A DNA stretch of 64,000 nucleotides from positions 32,001 to 96,000 of the forward strand of contig JBFWVL010000005.1 in NCBI GenBank assembly GCA_050246755.1, in the 5' to 3' direction. A model generated the notes under the pieces. That model saw only the letters and a program-made list of their open reading frames with translations, did no database searches and was not told the origin of the DNA. Of the stretch, positions 36,951-46,255 are shown one piece after another. A program made the translations under genes and the position numbers. Source of the stretch: Bacteriovoracia bacterium (GTDB lineage Bacteria > Bdellovibrionota > UBA1018 > CAIPTA01). Each line of letters begins with the position of its first letter. The stretch's first letter is position 1.

Positions 36951-38316
36951 TCAGCGCCTTCCAAACATTCTCCATCCTCATCCCTCGAGAACCCTTGAGC
37001 AGGATGCGGTCGCCGTTTTTGGCTTGCCGGCGCAGCGCCTCGGCCATCGCCTCTTGGCTTTCAAAATGCTTCACGTCTTTATGCCCGCGCTTTTTTAATT
37101 CCGCCTCGAGCTTCTGCATGCGGGGGCCAAAGAGCAGCACGTGGCGCACGTCGTGTTTCAGGATCGGATCGGCGAGCCCGCGGTGCATGCTCTCTTCAAG
37201 CGTGCCGAGCTCCAGCATATCTCCCAGGCATACCCAGGTTTCTCCGCTGCGCTTGGTGGCGAAGAGCGTGTCCAGTGCGGCCTCCACCGAAGCGGGATTG
37301 GCGTTGTACGTATCGGCCAGTACCTTGCAGCCACGCCATTCGTGCACTTCCGAACGGCCGGGGGGAGCTATGAAGGTGGCTAGGCCTCGCTGCATCTCTT
37401 CGGGGCTCAGTCCGAGGCCGTGAGCCAGGGTGAGGGCGCCCAGGAGGTTCCTGGCATTGTGGAGGCCTTCTAAGGGCACCTTGAATTGTTCCGCCAGGCC
37501 AGGGCGGAGGTTTTCCACGTCGAGGAAGAGGTCGTCGCCTTTGTTCACCGGGTAGCCGCGGAGATCGCCGGCTCTATCCACGCCGTAGGTAATTTTCTTG
37601 GCGCTCTTCAGGTGGAGTTTGGCCTGGTTGCGGATGCGATCGTCGTCGTTATTCACCGCGGCGAGGCCTTGGCTCTTTTCCAATACCTGGAAGAGGAGGC
37701 CTTCCTCTTTTTCCACCGTGTCGAGATCGATGAGTTTTTCCAGGTGCTCAGGGCCGATCGAGCTCAGCAATCCAGCGGTAGGCGCCACGAGCTCCAGGTG
37801 CTGGATCATGGAGTCCGGTTCGTCGATGCCCACTTCGATCACGGCCACTTCGTGCGCGGAGCGGATTCTCAGCAGGGTGGTGGGCACGCCTTGGAAGCCG
37901 TTTTGCGAAGCCAGGGTTTGCAGCACGTTTTTGTATTTCCCGCGTAGGATGGCGGCGAGCATTTCCTTCGAGGTGGTTTTCCCGGCGCTCCCGGCCACGG
38001 CGATCACGGGGATCTTGAATTCCTTGCGCCAGGCTTTGGCGAGTAAACGAAAAGCATGGAGGGTATCTGCCACGGGAAAAGAGACCATGCCGGAGGGCGG
38101 AGTGAAATCTTTGTGGTGCACGATCGCGGAGGCGCCGGCGGCTTTGGCTTTTTCGGCGAACTCGTGGCCGTCGGTGGTTTCGCCCTTGAGGGCCACGAAG
38201 AGGGAATGCGCGCGGATCTCGCGGGTATCGGAGCTGAGGCCGGCCACGGGGGAATTTATGGGGGGCAGGGGAAGGCTCAGGGCCTTGGCGATCCAGTGTA
38301 GGGAGAGGAAATCCAT
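36943..38316 (-). CDS. murF: UDP-N-acetylmuramoyl-tripeptide--D-alanyl-D-alanine ligase
   Basis: LFVALKGE--DGH, GS-GKTTSKEM, DTYNANP-S, GDMLELG, LKGSRGMRME. Confidence 0.95.
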   Translation of the reverse strand: MDFLSLHWIAKALSLPLPPINSPVAGLSSDTREIRAHSLFVALKGETTDGHEFAEKAKAAGASAIVHHKDFTPPSGMVSFPVADTLHAFRLLAKAWRKEFKIPVIAVAGSAGKTTSKEMLAAILRGKYKNVLQTLASQNGFQGVPTTLLRIRSAHEVAVIEVGIDEPDSMIQHLELVAPTAGLLSSIGPEHLEKLIDLDTVEKEEGLLFQVLEKSQGLAAVNNDDDRIRNQAKLHLKSAKKITYGVDRAGDLRGYPVNKGDDLFLDVENLRPGLAEQFKVPLEGLHNARNLLGALTLAHGLGLSPEEMQRGLATFIAPPGRSEVHEWRGCKVLADTYNANPASVEAALDTLFATKRSGETWVCLGDMLELGTLEESMHRGLADPILKHDVRHVLLFGPRMQKLEAELKKRGHKDVKHFESQEAMAEALRRQAKNGDRILLKGSRGMRMENVWKALNA

Positions 38317-38426
38317 ATGGGTAATCGTAGCAGGAAGAATGGCCGGAATCAGTACGAACGGTGGTTGGATTTCGGGTTTCGCTGGGAGAAAACGGTGAGA
38401 TTTTCGGGGGCTTTCGACTTCTTACC

Positions 38427-38442
38427 AGGAACAGTGTTTGCG
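38427..38442 (+). promoter_or_regulatory. Sigma54-like promoter
   Basis: AGGAACAGTGTTTGCG (GG-N10-GC). Confidence 0.45.
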
Positions 38443-38467
38443 TTGCTGCGAGTAAGGAGAATCAGAA

Positions 38468-38727
38468 TGTTTAACACGCTAAGTTATGCTAAAAAATTGG
38501 AAGGGGTAGGCGTTTCGCGCGAACAGGCCGAAGCCCATGTGCAGATTATTGCGGAAATTGTCGAAGGTGGCTTGGCCACAAAGCAGGACATACGTGATCT
38601 TCGCGAGATAGATCTCAAAGCAATACGCGATGACATGCAGAAGATTGAATATCGTATGACCATTAAACTGGGCGCTTTTTTTGTTGCAGGGATAGCGATC
38701 CTCGCTTCGATCATGAAAATACACTGA
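38468..38727 (+). CDS. DUF1640/CCDC90-like coiled-coil membrane-anchored protein
   Basis: SD AAGGAG; MFNTL-YAKKLE--GVSREQAE...LATKQDI...TIKLG plus C-terminal TM. Confidence 0.8.
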
Positions 38728-38911
38728 GATAGTAGGGGGGCGTTTGGACACCAAGCAGGACATCAGAAGTGTTAGGGATGAAATTCAAGATCTCAGAGAT
38801 GAAATGAAGAGATTCGAATATCGGTTAACGATCAAATTTGGTGTGGTCATAATGGGCGGTTTTACGATTGCCGGATTTATCTTATCGTCGCTTCTAAAAA
38901 CCCACTCTTAA
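38726..38911 (+). pseudogene. Orphan second copy of the DUF1640 C-terminal half
   Basis: EIVGGRLDTKQDIRSVRDEIQDLRDEMKRFEYRLTIKFGVVIMGGFTIAGFILSSLLKTHS* aligns to the upstream gene; lacks the N-terminal half. Confidence 0.75.
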
Positions 38912-38944
38912 AATATTAGCGCGAGACTCCGCGCAAAATTAAGA

Positions 38945-39125
38945 CAAAAAGTGGCCGCATCGCTCAGGGGGTGGTTAACACCGCTGAAGATGCGGCCAAG
39001 AGATCCGGTATGCCAATCCTCTTTAGGGACTAAATTTCCACCCTAAAGAGGAGGGCCACCATCATTCTGCTAGTACAACAACTCATGCAGTGACCACCCC
39101 CTTTCTAGAAGCGTCTAGCTCCTAG
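38945..39125 (-). ncRNA. Candidate structured small transcript carrying an 18-codon ORF (39030-39086)
   Basis: TTGCGG-N18-(TGc)TATCAT promoter, SD AAAGGGGGTGGT, 12-bp hairpin, 10-bp terminator stem with U-tract. Confidence 0.5.
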
Positions 39126-39172
39126 AACTATGATAGCATTCAGTTGAAAATTCCCGCAAGAGGGGGCTTAGA

Positions 39173-40000
39173 TTGAGCGGTCTGAAATCATTGAAGTATT
39201 TGGGATATTCCGCCGCATTTAACGCAAATAAATCGGCCCGAATAGCCGATTGCGATACCTGGTATTCGGTGAAAAATCCGCGCGGCGTGATTTTGCTTAC
39301 CCACGGCTTGAATTTGAAGCCCGCGCGCATGGACGACCTCGCCGAGGTGTTTCGCTCCGCGGGCTATAGTGTGTTCCGGCCGGCCTTCACCGGGCACTGT
39401 GGTCACAATAAATATTATTTAAGCGTGGATGCCGCTGACTGGGACCGCGATGCCCGCGAGTTTCACGAGCTCGCGAAGGCCAAGGCCGATGAGCTCGGCG
39501 TGCCGCTGCACCTCGTGGCTTATTCCTTCAGCGCGGCGATCTACCAGGCCCTCGCCGAAGAGCTGCGCTTCACGAGTAAAATTTATTTTGCGCCGGCCAT
39601 CGCGATTCGCTTCTGGTTTCCCGTGGCCGCTTTCCTCGCCCGTGCGATTCCCCGCATTACCTACCGCTCGATGAATCTCCAGGGCTACTACGCGAACGCG
39701 ACGAGTGGAATGCTGGCGGTGCAGGCGCTCGAGCATTTCGTGCGCCGGGTGGCGGCGCTACGAAAGAAAAATGATTCTACGCCCACGCTGGTGTGGATCG
39801 ATCCTAGGGATGAGCTCGTGAGCTATAAGGGGATTCGAATCCAGGCGGGAAGGCGCAAGAGCTGGCGCTTGGAAAAAGTTTCAAATGCGGGAGCGCGGAT
39901 GAATCCGGCTTACCATCACCTGATCATCAATGAAGATTCACTTGGGAAAAAGGAGTGGGAGCGGGTGACGGAGGGAAGCGTACGTTTCCTGGAAAAGTAA
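39173..40000 (+). CDS. Alpha/beta hydrolase (start uncertain, possibly GTG 39269)
   Basis: LLTHGLN, P-FTGH, nucleophile elbow variant AYSFS, D--DELVS, YHH. Confidence 0.75.
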   Translation: MSGLKSLKYLGYSAAFNANKSARIADCDTWYSVKNPRGVILLTHGLNLKPARMDDLAEVFRSAGYSVFRPAFTGHCGHNKYYLSVDAADWDRDAREFHELAKAKADELGVPLHLVAYSFSAAIYQALAEELRFTSKIYFAPAIAIRFWFPVAAFLARAIPRITYRSMNLQGYYANATSGMLAVQALEHFVRRVAALRKKNDSTPTLVWIDPRDELVSYKGIRIQAGRRKSWRLEKVSNAGARMNPAYHHLIINEDSLGKKEWERVTEGSVRFLEK

Positions 40001-40065
40001 ATTTTACGTTCTGCACCGAAGGTAAAAATCACCTCCGACGTCGAAGGTAAATTTTGCCGTCCGGA
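39991..40065. repeat. Three degenerate ~25-bp quasi-palindromic units
   Basis: GAAAAGTAAATTTTACGTTC / CGAAGGTAAAAATCACCTCCG / CGAAGGTAAATTTTGCCGTCCG. Confidence 0.45.
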
Positions 40066-40069
40066 TTTC

Positions 40070-40940
40070 CTACGCATCCATCTTGTAGCGGCGGCGGAAG
40101 AGCTTGCTCATCTCGTCTACCTTGAGCATCATGAAGAAATCGTAGCAGCCAAAATCGCGGTCGAGCGCGGGTTCGCCGTAGAATTTCGTGCCGGCCAGAA
40201 TATAACTTTGGATCAAGGGAGGAAGTTCCATTTTCGTTCCTTCCCGGGAACCTACCTCGAAAAGTTCGGAGCGGTACTCGGGGGTAGGGCGCACTCCGTA
40301 CTCGGAAGAGCTCAAACCTCGCTCGCGGAGATCGCTAAGCAGACTGCTCGCTTCGAGCAGATCCGTGGTTTGCACACTCGCGCAGCCGAAAAGATACTTC
40401 GCGCCGGTTTTCTGGATGTATTCCGCGATGCCTTTCCAGAGCAAGTTGATGATGGCACCGTTTCGGTAGTTCTGATGAATGCAGGCGCGGCCCAGTTCCA
40501 GCTTTGAACCCGGTAGGCGGAGGATCTCGTCGATGGAAAATTCTCCCTCGGAATAGAAGCGATCCGAGAAATTCGAGGAAATTAGGCGATAGGTGCCCAC
40601 TACGAGGCCAGATACCTTATCGATGATGAGAAGGTGGTCGCAAACGAGGTCGAGCTCGTCCACATCGAGGCGATCCGCATTCTCTTTGCTTTGTAGTTCC
40701 CGGTAAAAAACCTCGTGGCGCAGCTGCAGGGCCTGGCGGAGCTCGAAAGGATTGGCGGCGGTTTTGAGAAGGAAGCGTTCGGTGCTCTGGAGCAAGTTCA
40801 CCTTCTGGCGGAAGTGATGAAGGGGAATTTTACCTGGACGGCGGAAGAGCGGTCGGAAGCTTTTGAGTAGGGCGAGGGGAAACCGGGCGGTGCGTCGGCT
40901 GGCACGGGCGAGTTTTCTGGCGTTTGCTGCGTTGAGCATA
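40070..40940 (-). CDS. GNAT-family N-acyltransferase (Acetyltransf_5, OlsB-like)
   Basis: LRHEVFY-E, D-D--D--CDHL, VGTYRL, YSEGEF, ELGRACI---YRNG, YLFGCAS, PPLI-SY, D-DF; SD AGGAG. Confidence 0.85.
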
Positions 40941-41033
40941 TGGTATTCTCCTTCTAAGAAAACGATTGCACGCAATTGTCCCTTCCATGGTTAGAACTCG
41001 GTTAGGGATCTGCCAGGATTTGATAGGAAGAAA

Positions 41034-41684
41034 ATGATCAATACCATCCTCTTTGACCTCGACGGAACCATCATCGATTCCGAGCCGGCCGCGCTCCAGT
41101 CCATTTTGGATTGCACCCAGGCTTGGGGCGTGCCGGTCACCAAAGAAGACGCGGCTTCGGTGGCGGGAAAAAAATGGGAAGTGGCTTTCGATCTTCTCTA
41201 CGCGAAACACCAGATGCCGCTCCCGCAGGAAGAGGCTTCACGCCTCATCGTGGCCCGCTATAAAGAATTAGTGCACTCGAGCCTGCAGGTGGTTCCCGGA
41301 TCGGTGGCGGCCGTACAGGATTTTGCGAAGCACTTTCAGCTCGCGGTGGTGTCTGGTTCGCTGCGTTCCGATATTTTCTGGGCGCTCGAGCACCTGAAGA
41401 TCATCCAGCACTTCCAGCATATTCTTGGCTCCGAGGATTACCCGCTGAGCAAACCCGCTCCCGATGGTTACCTTAAAGCCATCAAGCTTTTCGGCGCCGA
41501 CCCCAAGCATACGCTGATTTTCGAGGATTCGGCTCCCGGCATCGCTTCCGCCCAGGCCGCCGGCGTGAAGGTGGTGGCGGTTACCTCCACCAATCACTAC
41601 GGCCACGATCAGAGCACCGCCGATGCGCATATCAAAAATTTCGAAGGCATCACCGCCGATTGGGTGAAAGCAAAATTTCCCTGA
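41034..41684 (+). CDS. HAD-family phosphatase
   Basis: FDLDGTIIDSE, KPAPDGY, IFEDS--GI. Confidence 0.92.
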   Translation: MINTILFDLDGTIIDSEPAALQSILDCTQAWGVPVTKEDAASVAGKKWEVAFDLLYAKHQMPLPQEEASRLIVARYKELVHSSLQVVPGSVAAVQDFAKHFQLAVVSGSLRSDIFWALEHLKIIQHFQHILGSEDYPLSKPAPDGYLKAIKLFGADPKHTLIFEDSAPGIASAQAAGVKVVAVTSTNHYGHDQSTADAHIKNFEGITADWVKAKFP

Positions 41685-41693
41685 GGTTCTAGA

Positions 41694-42644
41694 ATGGGTA
41701 TCTCGCTAGTTCGATTCGAGACGAAAACCGGCCCAGAATGGGGCGCACTGAAACACGACGAGGTAATTCTCCTGGGGGCCGCTCCCGCTTCGCTCGGCGA
41801 TTTTTTGCGGTCGGACTGGCGTTCCCGGATAGGAAGCGCTCTCCCCACGCTGCGCCTCGAGGATATCAAGCTTCTCTCGCCCGTGACCGCGCCTTGCCAA
41901 ATTATTTGCCAGGGTAAAAACTACCTCGATCACCTCGTGGAAACGGGGATGAAGCCCAAAGACAAAGACTTCAATCTACTGTTTACCAAAGCCGATTCCA
42001 CCCTGGCTCCGCCAAGCGGAAAGGTGCGGCGCCCGGAAAAAGTTTCCCTCTTCGACTACGAGCTGGAATTAGGCTTGGTTCTGGGCAAAGCCATTGGCGC
42101 CGATGCGGAGATCACCGCCGAAAATCTCCACGAATACGTGGCCGGCTTCGTGATGGCCAATGATCTCTCCGCGCGCGACGTGCAGATTCCCGAGCGTCAG
42201 TGGTTCAAAGGGAAAAGCTTCCGCGGGTTTTGCCCGGTGGGGCCTGTGCTCTATATTCCGGACCGCGCTGAGTTTCCCAAGCTCTTCGAGCTCGAGCTGG
42301 AATTAAAAGTGAACGGAAAGGTAAGGCAGAAGGCGAAGACCTCTCAGCTCATCCATGGCCCGACCGCTACTCTCCAGGAGATCTCTGGAATCTTCGATTT
42401 ACGCCCCGGAGATCTATTGCTCACGGGCACGCCCGGCGGCGTGGCCATGCGGGTGAAGCCCAAGGCGTGGTGGGAGGAATTATTGGCGGCCCTGAAAAGC
42501 GATAGGCAAAAGTTTGCGGAATTCGTGAGCGCGCAGGCCGCGAGCGGGCGCTATTTGCAGGCCGGCGATAAGATCGAGAGTTTTATCCGCACGCCAGACG
42601 GAAGCATTGATCTCGGCATGCAGCGGCTAATGATAGAAAATTAA
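41694..42644 (+). CDS. Fumarylacetoacetate hydrolase family protein
   Basis: GKNY-DH, DYELELG, NDLSARD, KGKSF--F-P-GP, GDLLLTGTPGGV. Confidence 0.92.
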   Translation: MGISLVRFETKTGPEWGALKHDEVILLGAAPASLGDFLRSDWRSRIGSALPTLRLEDIKLLSPVTAPCQIICQGKNYLDHLVETGMKPKDKDFNLLFTKADSTLAPPSGKVRRPEKVSLFDYELELGLVLGKAIGADAEITAENLHEYVAGFVMANDLSARDVQIPERQWFKGKSFRGFCPVGPVLYIPDRAEFPKLFELELELKVNGKVRQKAKTSQLIHGPTATLQEISGIFDLRPGDLLLTGTPGGVAMRVKPKAWWEELLAALKSDRQKFAEFVSAQAASGRYLQAGDKIESFIRTPDGSIDLGMQRLMIEN

Positions 42645-43096
42645 CGGAATCGCGCCACGGCGTAGGGCACGGAGATGGCCCCGCCGTAGCTCATGGCTTG
42701 CTCATAGCGAGCGCGGTCGGAGCTGATCACGAGATTCACCGTGGTGAATCCGGAGGTGGCGAAGCTGAGCGACTGGCCATTCACGGAGAAAGCGTCGAAG
42801 CACTGGGGCTGAACGGGCACGCTCGCCTGAGGGTAAGCGCAGATATTATAGTTCAGGGTGGTATTCGAGCGCACGATGATGGAGCTCGCGTCGGCTCCGG
42901 GGCACACGCTCAGGGCGCCGAGGATATTCGCGTCGGTACTGCCGGCCTGGGCATTCTGCAGCTGGGCAGGGGCGCAAGCGCCGCTTACGCCGAAGACGGA
43001 TTTTTTATAGGGATTTTTTGCGCTGGGTTTTAATTGTCCGCAGGACATCAAAGCAATCGCGACCACTGGGAGCAATAACAACATCTTCATAAACAA
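42641..43096 (-). CDS. Hypothetical lipoprotein with Cys pairs
   Basis: Lipobox LMSC. Confidence 0.7.
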   Translation of the reverse strand: MFMKMLLLLPVVAIALMSCGQLKPSAKNPYKKSVFGVSGACAPAQLQNAQAGSTDANILGALSVCPGADASSIIVRSNTTLNYNICAYPQASVPVQPQCFDAFSVNGQSLSFATSGFTTVNLVISSDRARYEQAMSYGGAISVPYAVARFR

Positions 43097-43314
43097 ATCC
43101 TATTCTACAACAACAACGGGGTGTAATTCGGGGGAGCTACTTCAAGTTCCATGCCGGAGTATGGAAGAACCGAGGAGCGCATAAAAGCGAGCTGGCTCTT
43201 TTCTCCCCGGAAAATCGCTAACGCCTGTCGAAAAAATAGACGGTCTTTTTCGGGGTTCCCGCTAGGTGCCTGATCTCAGGCACGAAAATCTGCCTAAAGA
43301 TTGAGTATGGTTTT

Positions 43315-43405
43315 GGGAGGCGGGTGGGGTGTAGGATCGCCTTCTGTTTGGGAAAACAGTTTGAGAGCAGGGCCGGGCGCGCGAAAGTGCGTCCGGCTTT
43401 TTTAT
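43315..43405 (+). ncRNA. Candidate small RNA with GGA-containing hairpins and its own terminator
   Basis: Terminator GCCGGGCGCGC-GAAA-GTGCGTCCGGC-T6 forms G-U pairs only as plus-strand RNA; no plus-strand gene feeds it. Confidence 0.45.
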
Positions 43406-43848
43406 TTCGCTTCGGGAAGCTGGGCGTACTGCGTGGTGAGCTCGCCGTCGAAATTCGAATAAGAATAGCGGAAGCGAAGCTCTCGGTTCGGGTGCAGCTC
43501 AAAACCCATGAACTCCGAAACCTGGGAGTTCCCCCGGAAGATCGAGATTTTCTTTGGGAATACATCGCCGATTTTTTTGTCTTTCGCGAAGATCTGCTCG
43601 CCGCGGATTTCGTAGTCGCTATGGTAGCAGGAGGTTTTCTTCTCGGGGTAGGGCATGGGAATGGTCCAGCACTGGTCGATCGTGAAATGGGAGGTGCTCT
43701 GGGCGAGCACGAGATCGAATTCCGCGTCTACGGGCCTCAGCATTCCGTCCGATTGGTAGAGGCCCATTCCGTTCCAGTGCCCAGTGAATTCCGTGGCAGC
43801 ATGGGCTTTGTTCGCGAAGAGGAAGAGGCAGAAAATAAGGGTGCGCAT
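43402..43848 (-). CDS. Secreted hypothetical protein
   Basis: Signal peptide MRTLIF...AHA; F-G-W-G-G start typical of small beta-barrels. Confidence 0.7.
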   Translation of the reverse strand: MRTLIFCLFLFANKAHAATEFTGHWNGMGLYQSDGMLRPVDAEFDLVLAQSTSHFTIDQCWTIPMPYPEKKTSCYHSDYEIRGEQIFAKDKKIGDVFPKKISIFRGNSQVSEFMGFELHPNRELRFRYSYSNFDGELTTQYAQLPEAK

Positions 43849-43874
43849 GCTTTTAGGATGCCTCAAGTTCACCC

Positions 43875-43915
43875 AAATAAAAAAGGCAGAGCTTGCGCCC
43901 TGCCTTTTTTATTTT
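43875..43915 (-). terminator. Intrinsic terminator of the RRM gene
   Basis: A-tract GGCAGAGC-TTGC-GCCCTGCC T-tract. Confidence 0.85.
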
Positions 43916-43933
43916 GAGTAACAGGGGCTGGTA

Positions 43934-44329
43934 CTACCAGCGATCGCGTCCGCCGCCACCGCCGCCGCCACGACCGCCGCGTCCACCGCCGCCGCCGCCA
44001 CCGCCGTAACCACCGCCGCCACCACCACCGTAGCCACCGCCGCCGCCGCCGCCGAAGCCACGACCGCCACCTTCACGGGGAGCTTGGGGACGAGCTTCGG
44101 AAACGTTCAGAGCACGTCCGTCGAGCATTTGTCCGTTGAGGGTTTCGATTGCTTTGGTTGCGTCGCTGTCGGATCCCATTTCCACGAAACCGAAGCCTTT
44201 GCTGCGTCCGGAATCGCGATCCATGATTACCTTCGCCGACTCAACTTGACCTGCTTGCGAAAAGTGCTGCGCCAAGCTGTCATCGGTAGCCGAGTACGGA
44301 AGGTTGCCTACATAGAGTTTCTTGCCCAT
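43934..44329 (-). CDS. RRM RNA-binding protein with Gly-rich tail
   Basis: RNP2 LYVGNL, RNP1 KGFGFVEM, GGGGY/RGG tail. Confidence 0.95.
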   Translation of the reverse strand: MGKKLYVGNLPYSATDDSLAQHFSQAGQVESAKVIMDRDSGRSKGFGFVEMGSDSDATKAIETLNGQMLDGRALNVSEARPQAPREGGGRGFGGGGGGGYGGGGGGGYGGGGGGGGRGGRGGGGGGGRDRW

Positions 44330-44573
44330 TACTATTTATCTCCTAGAGGGATCCTCGCAGGAGCTTCAGGACGAGCATAGGTCTCTTCAATCTCATTGCG
44401 AACGGTATCCAGTTAACGTTACGGAAAAATGGTATACCACTGCACCGCGGTATTGCTATAGCGAATTTTCATCCTAGATGCCGCAGCTTCCCCATGAAAA
44501 TTGAGGGCTTGCTACGGGGCGGTAAATCCTCGAATCGTATGAATTTTTCTGATTCGGGGGCTATCATTCTGGG

Positions 44574-46247
44574 ATGTCTCGAGATTTTTACCAACAAGGC
44601 CCGACCCTCCAAAACCAGTTCCGCAGCGATTCCTTACTGCAGGCGTACTTGCAGGAAGTGATGCCGAAGGATCTCTACCTCGCGCTCGAGCCCGATCTTC
44701 GACGCATGGGAGAAAGGGCCGTCACCGATTTACTAGCCCTTTCTCGACGAGCGGAACGCGAAGAGCCTGAGCATATTCCCTACGATCCTTGGGGAAAACG
44801 TTTGGACGAACTGCGCATGAGCCCGGCCTGGGATGCGATCACTGCGGTGGCCGCGGAAGAAGGAATCGTGGCCACGGGCTACGAAAGAAAATTCGGCGCG
44901 TATTCGCGGCTGGCGCAGTTTGCGAAACTTTACCTCTTTCACGCTTCTTCGGCGTTCGTGTCTTGCCCGCTGGCGATGACGGACGGGGCGGCGCGCGCGC
45001 TCGAGCTTTACGGCGATGAGGAATTACAGAAAGGCGCATTTAAGCACCTGACCTCCTGGGATCCCAAAACGTTTTGGACTTCTGGGCAGTGGATGACGGA
45101 GCGAACCGGGGGATCGGACGTTTCCGGCACGTCCACCACGGCCAAGCCACTCGGCGGGGACCGCTATGCCCTCACCGGCACCAAATGGTTCACCTCGGCC
45201 ACAAACTCGCAGATGGCGATGGCGCTCGCAAGAATTGATGGGCACCCGGAAGGCGGGCGCGGGCTGAGTTTGTTCTACGTGGAATTGCGCGATCACGCGG
45301 GCAAACTCCAGAATATCGAGATCCATCGACTGAAAGATAAGCTCGGCACCCGCGGACTACCCACCGCCGAGCTCAGCCTAAACGGCACTCCCGCCAAGCT
45401 CGTGGGCGGGGAAGGGGGCGGCGTGAAGAAGATCGCGTCCCTTTTCAATATCACCCGAATGTACAACGCAGTATGCGCGCTCTCGGCGGCCCGCAGGGCC
45501 TTGGTGCTGGCGGTGGACTATGCGGGCAAGCGCTCGGCGTTTGGCAAGATATTGCTCGAACATCCCCTGCACGTGGAAACCCTCGCGGACCTCTCGGTGG
45601 AGTTTGAGGGAAATTTCCTGCTCACCTTTCACCTCGCGGAGCTGCTCGGTAAAGACGAAACGGGCTCAGCTTCCGCGGAAGAGAGCGCCGTGCTTCGCTT
45701 GCTCACGCCGATCGCAAAATTATATACGGCCAAGAGCTGCATGGCGATCACTAGCGAAGTGGTGGAGAGCTTCGGCGGCGCGGGTTATATCGAAGATACG
45801 GGCCTTCCCACCTTGCTGAGGGACGCCCAGGTTTTCTCGATCTGGGAGGGCACCACGAACGTACTTTCCCTCGATGTGATCCGCGCGATCGAAAAAGAAA
45901 ATGCCTTTCCGCCTTTCGTGGCGGAGATTCTCGGCAGAATGAATGGTTTGACTGGATTCGATTCCGAGGTGGCCCAAGTGAAAGCCGCCTGCGGTGATTT
46001 GCAAAAATTCCTAGGGCTGGCGATGAAAGAGGGCGGAGATTTCGTGCAAGCCGGCGCCCGCCATTTTGCCTACTCTCTGGCCCGCACCTATATCGCCTCG
46101 CTTCTGCTGGAGCGCGCTTTTTTGGCTAAAGATATCCGGGTGGCCGAGGTGGCGCGTCGCTGGTGCCGCGGCGGCCTCACCCCTTTGCTCTTGGCCGATA
46201 GCGCGCACCGCGATTCCTCGAAAAGAATAGTCGAAGCCGTTATCTAA
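44574..46247 (+). CDS. Acyl-CoA dehydrogenase, AidB-like
   Basis: CPLAMTDGA, WMTERTGGSDV, KWFTS, RLKDKLGT, IWEGTTNV. Confidence 0.9.
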   Translation: MSRDFYQQGPTLQNQFRSDSLLQAYLQEVMPKDLYLALEPDLRRMGERAVTDLLALSRRAEREEPEHIPYDPWGKRLDELRMSPAWDAITAVAAEEGIVATGYERKFGAYSRLAQFAKLYLFHASSAFVSCPLAMTDGAARALELYGDEELQKGAFKHLTSWDPKTFWTSGQWMTERTGGSDVSGTSTTAKPLGGDRYALTGTKWFTSATNSQMAMALARIDGHPEGGRGLSLFYVELRDHAGKLQNIEIHRLKDKLGTRGLPTAELSLNGTPAKLVGGEGGGVKKIASLFNITRMYNAVCALSAARRALVLAVDYAGKRSAFGKILLEHPLHVETLADLSVEFEGNFLLTFHLAELLGKDETGSASAEESAVLRLLTPIAKLYTAKSCMAITSEVVESFGGAGYIEDTGLPTLLRDAQVFSIWEGTTNVLSLDVIRAIEKENAFPPFVAEILGRMNGLTGFDSEVAQVKAACGDLQKFLGLAMKEGGDFVQAGARHFAYSLARTYIASLLLERAFLAKDIRVAEVARRWCRGGLTPLLLADSAHRDSSKRIVEAVI

Positions 46248-46255
46248 AGGAAAAA

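Noticed and set aside
38945-39125. 6S RNA interpretation of the long irregular hairpin
   Set aside because: Size is similar but I see no typical 6S conserved segments, and it contains an SD-ORF and terminator; not formally excluded without Infernal
43940-44075. CCG/CCA trinucleotide repeats as a repeat array or CRISPR
   Set aside because: They simply encode the Gly-rich tail of the RRM protein
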